Source: Nostoc desertorum CM1-VF14 (GTDB lineage Bacteria > Cyanobacteriota > Cyanobacteriia > Cyanobacteriales > Nostocaceae). From it: a stretch of 64,000 bases of DNA. The stretch is taken from positions 58,243 through 122,242 of the forward strand of contig JAHHHR010000012.1 in the NCBI GenBank assembly GCA_019359245.1. Reading direction: 5' to 3'. Positions 48,223 to 57,015 of the stretch are shown piece by piece (the stretch's first letter is position 1; every line of letters starts with the position of its first letter). The notes beneath the pieces are model-generated. The model was not told the DNA's origin and did no database searches. It saw only the letters and a program-made list of their open reading frames with translations. The translations under genes were made by a program, and so were the position numbers.

Positions 48223-51200
48223 TTAGGCAGCTTTCCACCGGCCAATTTCACCGCCGTAGAGGCTGGCATAGTAAAGATTTCCGTCAAGTCCCGTCTCCAT
48301 GTCAATGATATAGGGTAAGTTGTCAAACACTTGAGTAGACTTTACAGTTCCATTTGGATTAAAGAATGTTGTATATATAGTTCCCAATCCAACATCGTTG
48401 TAGAACAATGCACCATTATAAATTGCGGGATAGGAGTTCCCAGTATAAAAGTCACCCATGATTAGGGCAGTAGTTGGCAGCCCATCAGAGTTCTGGCTGG
48501 CATCATGGTTGCGAGTTAGCAATGGAGAAACTACTGTCTGTCCGCTGTTATAGAACGCTTGCGCCTGAGGTAGAGTGCTATACCCTGCATTTTGTGGGGA
48601 ACCTTCAAAGTAAGGCCACCCAAAATTACTGCCCCTCGTTGCTACGTTAATTTCCTCCCATGTGTTCCAACCTACTTCACCGAGATAGGGAGTTCCTGTT
48701 GTTGGGTTGATAGTAAAGCGGAAGGAATTTCGCAATCCGAGGCTCCACACCTTGGAGCGGTTGCTGTCCAGATTACCGTTGGAGAATGGATTGTCGGCAT
48801 ATCCTTGTCCGGTGAGAGGATTAATCCGCAGCAGTTTGCCAGATAAATTATCGACATCTTGGACGCGAGTTGATCGCCAGTCAACTGAGTTGTAGGAAGT
48901 TCCATCCCCAACGGTGACATACAACGATCCATCGAGCCCAAATTGAACTTGTCCGATACTATGGCTGTCACTGTCACCTGCCAAGTAGTCTCTGATATTG
49001 TTGTTGTGATCAAAGTTGGTATCTGTTGCCGAATAGTCTCTCCCAATATTACTAGTGTCCGCATCTTCAATTAGTGCTGGCGGTGCTGTAATAGTTGAAC
49101 CATTGACAATTCCAGAGGGAAGGGTGGTGAAGCTAACCGTACTATCCACATCGGGACGGCTGGTGTATTGCCAGAGACTATTCTTGCCGAGCAATACCAC
49201 TTCACTGTTAGGCAATGCAGTGGTGTAGTTTGTGGCGGGGTTAGCCGTCACTCTGATCAGACGGGCGGGACGATTCCCAAGTCCATCTGGACCTGCTAAC
49301 CCTGTGTTATTTTGGGTTTCTGGGGGGTCATAGGTAAATAGTAGGTAGACATAGTCCCGACCTTGATTTTGACCAAAGGACGGATCGACAGCCAGCCCTA
49401 GTAAGCCGCGATCAGCCACATTATTGACCTGCGCTGAAATATCTATAAAGGGTGTAGGCCGAAGCCCTAAGGACACTGGTAATGGAGCAGTGCTCGTGTT
49501 GATCAGCACCCCAACGTCGCTGGTGTGCCAGTTGGCAGTAGCAATATCGGCTTTACCGTCATTATTAAAGTCAGCTACATTCAGACTAAAGGGAGTCCGG
49601 CCCGTAATGTAAGTGCTGGGAGCGGCAAAGGTGCCATTGCCGTTTCCAAGCAACACACTAATCGTATTACCTCCAGGATTATCGTTGTTGGGATAGTTGC
49701 CCGCTGTATTGGCCGTAAGCAAATCGAGTATGCCATCACCATTGATGTCACCGATCGCCACACCCTTGGGCACGCTACCCGTTGCATAGCTCGCGACTGG
49801 TGCAAAGCCACCGATGCCGTTACCTAGCAACACCCCTACCGTGTCAGCGTATTCGTTCGCGGCAACGAGATCGATCCGACCATCGCCATTTAGATCGGCT
49901 GCGCGGAGTGAGTGGGGACCATCGCCAATAATATAATTCGATGTACTACCAAAGATCCCAGCACCAGAATTAAGTATGACACTTATTGCATCAGTACCCT
50001 GGTTGGCAACTGCTATATCGGCTCTGCCATCGCCGTTGAAATCGGCAAGCTGAAGAGAGTGTGGTGCACTACCAACAACGTAGTCAGCGAAGTTCCCGAA
50101 CGTGCCGTTACCATTATTTCGCATGATGCGGACGATCGTGCTCCCCCATCCAGTCACGGCGATGTCGATGTCACCATCCCCATCCACATCTGCGGCTACT
50201 GCTTCATGGGCCCCAGTTGATCCCGCATAGCTGACACTAGGCGCAAAGGTTCCATTACCGTTACCGAGTAGTACATTGACATTGTTGGAGGTCTGGCTGG
50301 CAGTAAATAAGTCAAGCCTGCCGTCACCATTGAAGTCTGCCGCAAACACTGATTTCGGCTCAACTCCAACTCCAAAGTTGACAGCAGGGGCAAAGGTGCC
50401 ATTACCGTTGCCGAGTAGGACACTGACGTTGTTACTGCCAGCATTGGCGGTCGCTAAGTCAAGCCTGCCGTCCCCGTTAAAATCGGCTGAAACGATTCCA
50501 TGGGTGTGAGTACCAGTGGCATACTGCTGAACGGGAGCGAATCTCACGGTATTATTTGGCTGTACGAAAGTTCTGACTACCCCACCTTTTTCGGCGATGA
50601 ACATTAATTGACCATCTGGTGACCAATCGAATGTAGTAGGCTGGTTCAAACCGCCAACTATCTGCTCCCGTGGTAAGGTCAATAGTCGAGGTGGTGGTGG
50701 GGTGTATGTACCTATGACCAATTGGGCATCTGCCCAGTCGGCATGATCCGAACCAAAACCATTGCCCCCATCGTTTACCACTAGCGTTAGGGTTTGTTTG
50801 CCTGTGACATCGACATTCGCTAACTGCGTATCACTGAGTCCTGTCATGACTCCACTGTCAAAGAGGACTACTCCATCTGCCAAAATCCGGAAGACTACGG
50901 AGCCATTTCTACCGACTTCGTCATCTACTCCAACATAGGCGAAGAAACTATTGTAAGCTCCTGCAAGATTGTAGGTGATCTGAGAGCCAGCATGGACTCC
51001 CAGTCCTTTAGCATAGGTCACACCATTGAGTGTCAATGTGTTACCATCAGCTGCTTCTTGTTCACCATTTGAGCGATCTCTTTCGACTGGTCCATAGCCG
51101 TTGGTTGATGAGGCAAAAGGGAGATCGCTCAGGTACGTTAGAGTTGGCGCAGATCCGTCGCGAATTGAGATCGAAGAAGTGCGAGATGGTCCGAGATCGG

Positions 51201-53718
51201 CACCTGTAGGATTTTGAATCAACAAACTGACTGTTGTATTTGTATTGGCAGCACCATCATTGAGCGTTTGAACGGTGACCATTTTCTGGGTTTCGCCTGG
51301 TGCAAAGGTCAGGGTGCTAATCGGAATCGGGACGTAGTTGACATTCGGAATCGCCGTTGAGTTACCGCCAGTAAAGTAATCGATTGTCGCGACTCCCGTA
51401 GTATCTCCTAGTCTTTGAATTGGGATTGTGACAATGCTGCCTTCTGCTACCTGAGAGCTATTGGATCCAACCACCAAGATGGATTCCACCGTGTTCTGAA
51501 AGGTGCCTAATAGGGTGTCAGCAGATGTAGTGTTACCAAAGGAATCTCGCACTTCTCCAGCTAATAAGGTCGCAGTGTAGGTACCGCGATCGTTCCAATT
51601 CCAGATGCTATCGGGTGCTGTAATCTGATACGTGGCGGTTACCGATGGACTGTTTGTGTTGGGTGTCACACTCACCAATTGAGCTAGTTGAGAGAACCCG
51701 TTCGGTCCAGTGACCCGAACATCACTGCTGTTAATTGTACTGACGTTCACCGCAGTAGCATCTGCATATGTAACACTAAATGCGTAAGGTGCAGAAATAC
51801 TAGTACTGATTGCTGCTGCTGTTAGAGTAGGAGTTGGGGTGCTGGTATCGGGACCCGACGGAACTGAAGTCAACCGAGCACCCGCCCAATCGGCATGGTC
51901 ATACCCAAACCCATTCCCGCCATCAGTTACCACCAGTCGCAGGTTCTGTCTCCCCGTCACATCGACATCCACAGTACGCGTGGCAGTGATGCCCGTCATT
52001 ATGCCACTATCATAAATCTGTACCCCATCAGCCCACACTTGGAAGACGACGGAGCCATTGCTGCCCACCGTATCATCTACGCCAATATCTGAAATAAAGC
52101 GAGTATAGCTCCTGCCTAGGGCGTAAGTCGTATCCGAGCCAGCATGGACTCCCAGTCCTTTAGCATAGGTCACACCGTTGAGTGTCAATATGCCACCATC
52201 AGTCGCTCCTTGTTCGCCGTTGGATCGGTCTCGCTCGATAAGTCCCCAGCCATTCGTCGCCGATGTCGCTGTCAAATCGCTTAGATAAACAGTCGTTCCC
52301 ACTACAACCTGGAAAGTTCCTAGGGTTGCCGCCGCGATCTCATTGCTGCTGGTATCGCTGACTTGAGTACTTTCCAGCGCGACAATATAGGTTCCCGCTT
52401 CGTTTGTATCCCAACTACCACCCGGAGCCCCAATCTGATAGGTTGCTATAATTTGCAAACTGTTAGCAGCAGGAGTTGCGCTGATAAAAGTAGCTGCTTG
52501 ACTGTAGCCATTGAGACCTGTCACCAACAGGTCATTGGAGTCTAGAGTACTAAAATTGACAGCAACATTATCCCTGTATGTCACTGTGAAGGTATAGGGA
52601 GTAGTGCTGCTGGGCACTGTTGTCAGTGTGCTAGCGTTGAGCGTTGCAGATGGAGGGGTAGTATCAGGTGTAGGAGTGCTTGCAATGAGTTGAGCATTTG
52701 CCCAATTGGCATGGTCATAAGCAATGCCGTCGCTTCCACCAGTAACCACCAACCGCAGGTTCTGTCTCCCAGTCACATCTACATCCACGGTTTTTGTGAT
52801 ACTGCTACCAGTCATTATTCCACTGTCGTAAATCTGTACCCCATCTCCCCAGACTTGGAAAACGACGGAGCCGTTGTTACCAACCTCATCGTCTACACCA
52901 ATGTCTGAAATAAAGCGGGTATAGTTCCTCCCCAAGGCGTAGGTAATGTCCGAGCTAGCATGGACTCCTAGTCCTTTGAGATAGGTCACACCATTAAGTG
53001 TCAGTGTGCCTCCATCTTCTGCTCCTTGTTCACCGTTGGACCTATCTCGTTCGGCTGGCCCCCAGGCATTTGTCGCCGATGTCGGTGTCAAATCACTCAG
53101 ATAAAAACTCGGTAAGATTCCTTGGTAGGAGTCCATCAAGGAAGTTGTGAAAGGTATAGCCGTTTCAATCTTGCCAGTAGCATACTCCAGATTCCAATCG
53201 CCACCTTGCAGGGAATTGCCTGTAGGATTTGTAGAGGCTGCAACATCCGCTCCAGTCAAAGCACTTATCTCGTTGACGAATGTTTGCCCGAATTCTCCGG
53301 CCGCAATATTACATCCGTAAAAAAGAATATCCGCTCCTGGAACAAGAGATGATTTCCATTGTTTTATCTCATTTGCATATTCTTGAAGGGAGTTCGCACT
53401 GAGAAAACTGTTTCCTAATTGCAGAGCCGCAACATTTCCATGGGAAATGATATTAATGCCTGACAAACCCTCATAGTGCTTGAGAGTTTCGGTTATTTGG
53501 GTAATCCCGTTTCGAGTAGGATCTAGGAGAATTTTGACATCTGATTGCAGGTTTACTAAGACTGTTAGAGGATTGGAAATATTTTGATCGACAAAAGTAA
53601 TCGTTTGTGGACTTATTAAGTTGTTTCCAGGAAATGCTGGTAGTTGTAGAGGATTTGTGAATTGCTGTGGAACTAATGGCGATTCAAATGTCTGGATAGC
53701 AAAATAATTGTCTAACAT
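48223..53718 (-). CDS. Giant multidomain protein: DUF4347 - 3x NPCBM (with Ig-like spacers) - Calx-beta - PQQ-type glucose/sorbosone-dehydrogenase-like propeller interrupted by a seven-repeat FG-GAP/VCBS block
   Basis: 1831-aa uninterrupted ORF. Approximate nt spans on the minus strand:
- DUF4347: 53110-53718 (ILFYGCNIAAG..LTGADVAAS..GGDWNLE).
- NPCBM: 52688-53103, 51871-52287 and 50719-51135 (YLSDL..WGP.ERDRSNGE..LNGVTY.KGLGVHA...DHA.WA.A.L).
- Calx-beta: 51190-51480.
- FG-GAP x7: 49495-50520 (DFNGDGRLDL...).
- Dehydrogenase-like segments: 50570-50690 and 48223-49480. Confidence 0.88.
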   Translation of the reverse strand: MLDNYFAIQTFESPLVPQQFTNPLQLPAFPGNNLISPQTITFVDQNISNPLTVLVNLQSDVKILLDPTRNGITQITETLKHYEGLSGINIISHGNVAALQLGNSFLSANSLQEYANEIKQWKSSLVPGADILFYGCNIAAGEFGQTFVNEISALTGADVAASTNPTGNSLQGGDWNLEYATGKIETAIPFTTSLMDSYQGILPSFYLSDLTPTSATNAWGPAERDRSNGEQGAEDGGTLTLNGVTYLKGLGVHASSDITYALGRNYTRFISDIGVDDEVGNNGSVVFQVWGDGVQIYDSGIMTGSSITKTVDVDVTGRQNLRLVVTGGSDGIAYDHANWANAQLIASTPTPDTTPPSATLNASTLTTVPSSTTPYTFTVTYRDNVAVNFSTLDSNDLLVTGLNGYSQAATFISATPAANSLQIIATYQIGAPGGSWDTNEAGTYIVALESTQVSDTSSNEIAAATLGTFQVVVGTTVYLSDLTATSATNGWGLIERDRSNGEQGATDGGILTLNGVTYAKGLGVHAGSDTTYALGRSYTRFISDIGVDDTVGSNGSVVFQVWADGVQIYDSGIMTGITATRTVDVDVTGRQNLRLVVTDGGNGFGYDHADWAGARLTSVPSGPDTSTPTPTLTAAAISTSISAPYAFSVTYADATAVNVSTINSSDVRVTGPNGFSQLAQLVSVTPNTNSPSVTATYQITAPDSIWNWNDRGTYTATLLAGEVRDSFGNTTSADTLLGTFQNTVESILVVGSNSSQVAEGSIVTIPIQRLGDTTGVATIDYFTGGNSTAIPNVNYVPIPISTLTFAPGETQKMVTVQTLNDGAANTNTTVSLLIQNPTGADLGPSRTSSISIRDGSAPTLTYLSDLPFASSTNGYGPVERDRSNGEQEAADGNTLTLNGVTYAKGLGVHAGSQITYNLAGAYNSFFAYVGVDDEVGRNGSVVFRILADGVVLFDSGVMTGLSDTQLANVDVTGKQTLTLVVNDGGNGFGSDHADWADAQLVIGTYTPPPPRLLTLPREQIVGGLNQPTTFDWSPDGQLMFIAEKGGVVRTFVQPNNTVRFAPVQQYATGTHTHGIVSADFNGDGRLDLATANAGSNNVSVLLGNGNGTFAPAVNFGVGVEPKSVFAADFNGDGRLDLFTASQTSNNVNVLLGNGNGTFAPSVSYAGSTGAHEAVAADVDGDGDIDIAVTGWGSTIVRIMRNNGNGTFGNFADYVVGSAPHSLQLADFNGDGRADIAVANQGTDAISVILNSGAGIFGSTSNYIIGDGPHSLRAADLNGDGRIDLVAANEYADTVGVLLGNGIGGFAPVASYATGSVPKGVAIGDINGDGILDLLTANTAGNYPNNDNPGGNTISVLLGNGNGTFAAPSTYITGRTPFSLNVADFNNDGKADIATANWHTSDVGVLINTSTAPLPVSLGLRPTPFIDISAQVNNVADRGLLGLAVDPSFGQNQGRDYVYLLFTYDPPETQNNTGLAGPDGLGNRPARLIRVTANPATNYTTALPNSEVVLLGKNSLWQYTSRPDVDSTVSFTTLPSGIVNGSTITAPPALIEDADTSNIGRDYSATDTNFDHNNNIRDYLAGDSDSHSIGQVQFGLDGSLYVTVGDGTSYNSVDWRSTRVQDVDNLSGKLLRINPLTGQGYADNPFSNGNLDSNRSKVWSLGLRNSFRFTINPTTGTPYLGEVGWNTWEEINVATRGSNFGWPYFEGSPQNAGYSTLPQAQAFYNSGQTVVSPLLTRNHDASQNSDGLPTTALIMGDFYTGNSYPAIYNGALFYNDVGLGTIYTTFFNPNGTVKSTQVFDNLPYIIDMETGLDGNLYYASLYGGEIGRWKAA

Positions 53719-53933
53719 AGTAATACTCTTCGCTGTTTTTTGTGATGAGATAGTGATTTAACAAGCGTTAATAAAGTTGTTAGAACAACTAGATTATTTA
53801 GTAATAAATCTCAAGACTTTTGTTCTAAAATTGCTTTAGCGATTTCAAATAAAGAAATTGCTGGTGGGGACAGCACATGGCAAACATGGATTTAATTTTG
53901 TGTTTTGATAATTTTTTAATCATCAATTAAGTA

Positions 53934-54201
53934 CAGGGTAAGCGCATCTAATTTTGTAGCTCTTGATACAGATAAAAACCTTAAAACTGTATCTGAATAT
54001 CAATTTTTCATTCAAAATAGGATGAATTGTCGTAAATGATTGAAAAAATATGGGTCAAACAACTTTTTATGTTTTTTCACCACATAAATACGAAAATGTC
54101 AATCCCACCGCTTGGCTCAGTGTAGTAATTTTGAACTTTTTTGTACTTTGGTTGAACCCCAAAACCACCGTGTCAATATGGTTTGAGATGCGCTTACCCT
54201 G
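53934..54201. repeat. Element bounded by perfect 16-bp inverted repeats (CAGGGTAAGCGCATCT / AGATGCGCTTACCCTG)
   Basis: Read directly. The arms are at 53934-53949 and 54186-54201 with 236 bp between them. It lies in the intergenic region upstream of the giant gene. Confidence 0.45.
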
Positions 54202-54234
54202 GTCGAAGTAAGATTGAGCAGCTAAAATTTTTAT

Positions 54235-55494
54235 TTATACTTTTTGTTGACCAAAAGTAAAATACAGTTGTTGTTGCTCAACTTGAGACGTGGTTTTATC
54301 TGAGGTATTTTCAATTAAAAATAGCCCCTTGCGTCTTAGGGATTGTTCAATAAGAACCTCCTTTAAAATATCTTCAGAAAACTGTTCTTGCTGGACAAGA
54401 AGCTCTCCTAACTTATGGTTAGTAGCACTTTGTAACGCTAGAATTTTATCCAGAAACTGCTTTCTTACAAGCTTTTTTTCTAATACAAGGCTACCAAATT
54501 GAATATTTTGGTTCTTCAGATAAAACTTTAACTGTTTTAAAGATATTAATTGCTTTGACACTAAAATTTCACCAATTTTTAAATTTGGGTTTAAACTTTG
54601 CTCTAGTAAAGCTTGTCTGATATCTTCTCTAGTTACAATATTTTGTCGAACAAAAATTTCACCAATTTTTTCAGGCGTAAAATCTAAATTTTCTATATCT
54701 GTTCCTAATAAAAGATTCTTTGTTTGATTAGAATTATGCTTATGGGTGATTGCCAACTCCTTAATAGCTAAATAGATAAAATATGGAATTGTTGAAGCGT
54801 AACGCTTCCAAAGACGAAGTGGCTCTTGTGTTAACCGATACAACCATTCCAAACATAATTGTTGAACCCAATGGGGAGCGCGTGGAGTAATCCCTGCGTA
54901 CATAGAGAATACTGCACCTACACCAACCATTACTGCTTGAATCTTTCCGTGATAGTGGGACATCCAAATTTCCTGTTTAGGACATCCCAAACAAACAAAA
55001 ATAATTCCCGCACCACTTTGATTAATTTCTTCAATTAATTCTGTATTATGACTTTTGTCAATCTCATCAATAGGAACAAAGGGAATGGATTTCATTCCTG
55101 CAACTTTTAAAATCGGATATTCTTCGTCTAGTTTTCGCTTAATTTTGTCTAAAATCTCTTGTGTAGAGCCAAGAAAATAAACTGGCTTTCCAGTGATTTC
55201 AGCTAAAGCACACAAATTAAGGAAAACATCCATTCCTGATACTTGATTTTGGTGATAAATCCCCAATTGGCGTAACATCAACACTAAAGGCTTGCCATCA
55301 GGGGTAACCAAATCTGCTTTATTTAAAATTTTTCTAAATGAAAAGTTCCAATGGGCTTCCATAAGCATATGAACATTGGCTAAATAGACAACCTTACTAG
55401 CCCTCATATTTGCCCAGCGCAAAATTAACATAATCTGCTCATCCAAAGGCAAACACGTAATAGGAACATTAAACAAACCTTTCTTGGGTATCAT
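54235..55494 (-). CDS. WecB/TagA/CpsF-family (GT26) glycosyltransferase fused to four C-terminal MshEN/T2SSE_N-like 24-residue repeats
   Basis: 419 aa. The N-terminal 250 aa or so carry the GT26 pattern (V..ANVH......PDG.P.V......FLG.....GCPKQE.W...........GVGA.F). The C-terminal repeats (nt about 54343-54670) are KIGEIFVRQNIVTREDIRQALLEQ, KIGEILVSKQLISLKQLKFYLKNQ, QFGSLVLEKKLVRKQFLDKILALQ and KLGELLVQQEQFSEDILKEVLIEQ. Confidence 0.85.
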   Translation of the reverse strand: MIPKKGLFNVPITCLPLDEQIMLILRWANMRASKVVYLANVHMLMEAHWNFSFRKILNKADLVTPDGKPLVLMLRQLGIYHQNQVSGMDVFLNLCALAEITGKPVYFLGSTQEILDKIKRKLDEEYPILKVAGMKSIPFVPIDEIDKSHNTELIEEINQSGAGIIFVCLGCPKQEIWMSHYHGKIQAVMVGVGAVFSMYAGITPRAPHWVQQLCLEWLYRLTQEPLRLWKRYASTIPYFIYLAIKELAITHKHNSNQTKNLLLGTDIENLDFTPEKIGEIFVRQNIVTREDIRQALLEQSLNPNLKIGEILVSKQLISLKQLKFYLKNQNIQFGSLVLEKKLVRKQFLDKILALQSATNHKLGELLVQQEQFSEDILKEVLIEQSLRRKGLFLIENTSDKTTSQVEQQQLYFTFGQQKV

Positions 55495-56255
55495 TGCTTT
55501 TATCAGTAGTATTTAGATATTCGTAAAGTTTTATAGTGCTTATGCAACTATCACAAGGAAACGTAAATTTCAGCTTATAACTGCTCTCGCCGTTTGTGCA
55601 TTCCAATCAAAATGAGCCGCTATTCTCATTACATATCAATTATCTGCGTTTAATCTGATTACTTCTGCTCGATCTTTTATTTTCTGCGGTACATCTGCCA
55701 TTCTCAGGTTAAACAGAGTTTTCAATACCCTTTAACGGCGATTCATGTAGCTAGCTATTAGCTTGGTAGATACATCCGGGGGGGCCGCATCTAAATTACT
55801 CTTGAGCAAAACCAAAGTTGATCATCAACGAAAAAATCAGCATTTTCATCTTGATTTACTTTCCGAGCTTCAATGAGATCGCTTAATTCTTTCGCAATAA
55901 GCGAGGTTAAAAGACGAAAATCTAGGCTCTATTGAGAATTCAATAGTCTTATTAACATGATGCGTCCGCCCTGTAGATACATCATAGGTATTTACTTATC
56001 TTTACCTAGATAACTTATTTATTTCATTTTTTTATACTTGTTGTTACTTATCTTCCTCGTATGCTAAGTATTATGACCAGCTTAAGTCAATAGATATTAG
56101 TGCAATTGAACCAAAGTTGTTTCAATTATTACATATTAGATATGTTTAATAAAATCTAAGTAAAATTTAGGCATTGAACATTGACATCATAGTGGATAAT
56201 AGCAACAGTGGTTTTGTATAAGAAACTAAAAGCATTCTGAAGTATAAATCTAAAA

Positions 56256-56736
56256 TCAGGTTAGCTATTTTGCTAACACTATTACAACAAGCGATCGCAG
56301 CACTGGGATAGTGATTGATGGTATTCAGGCTAAGTATGTTTCCCACCACATGGCTCTGCCACCCCTACCGAAGTCAGAAAAAGCTTATGAATCTGATAAT
56401 GCTTTATTTTTGGCTTCTCATACTCACGATACTGGCATTCAGTTACGTGGTACTAGTCATACATTCAAAAACTCTACTATCGAATGGAGTTCTGGTAATG
56501 GCGTACTGTTAGAAGATAAAAACCATACAATAACCAACAATATTATTGCCAGCAGCAATTACATGGCGTCCTATGCGGCTCCTGTCCGTATCAATGGCAA
56601 TGGTCATAAAATTACTCATAACACTATCTTTCGCGCTGGTCGTGACGCAATTAATATTGATTGGCATACCGCTAGTACAGACGGTCGTAATATCGAAATC
56701 GCTTACAATGATACTGCTTTACTAACTTCTGTATAA
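56256..56736 (+). pseudogene. Internal fragment of a beta-helix gene paralogous to 25997..27934, in inverted orientation
   Basis: The translation ..FANTITTSDRSTGIVIDGIQAKYVSHHMALPPLP...HKITHNTIFRAGRDAINIDWHTA.TDGRNIEIAYND aligns with residues about 300-450 of the 645-aa protein. Stops lie immediately upstream and homology is lost after AYND. Nucleotide identity is roughly 80-85% by eye. Confidence 0.8.
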
Positions 56737-57015
56737 AAATCCTTGAGCAAACTTTGCTCTTGAATAGTCATAGTCTATCCAAAGAACTTCAAGATAACTC
56801 TTTCAATCGCTTCGTAAAGGCAATTGCCTCTAAAGGTTCCAATGCGAATCTGCAAAGATATAACACTTAGAATGCTCATGCATAGCCGATTCATCTATAG
56901 CTATTAAACTAGGCTCGATTTAGCCTACAGGCTACTCCTAGATAGATTAGATGTTATTTATTAAATTCTATTGACGAATCAAAGCTTAGAGTACACCCTA
57001 AAAAAATAATTGAAT

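Noticed and set aside
48592-53352. About a dozen antisense or alternate-frame ORFs inside the giant gene
   Set aside because: All lie within one uninterrupted 5.5-kb ORF with a coherent domain structure. They are typical shadow ORFs of a relatively GC-rich, repeat-rich gene.
55495-56255. Possible decayed small gene, such as an antitoxin-like fragment (..LIAKELSDLIEARKVNQDENADFFVDD.. on the minus strand)
   Set aside because: The open stretch is short (about 39 aa), stops occur in all frames nearby, and no family is recognisable.
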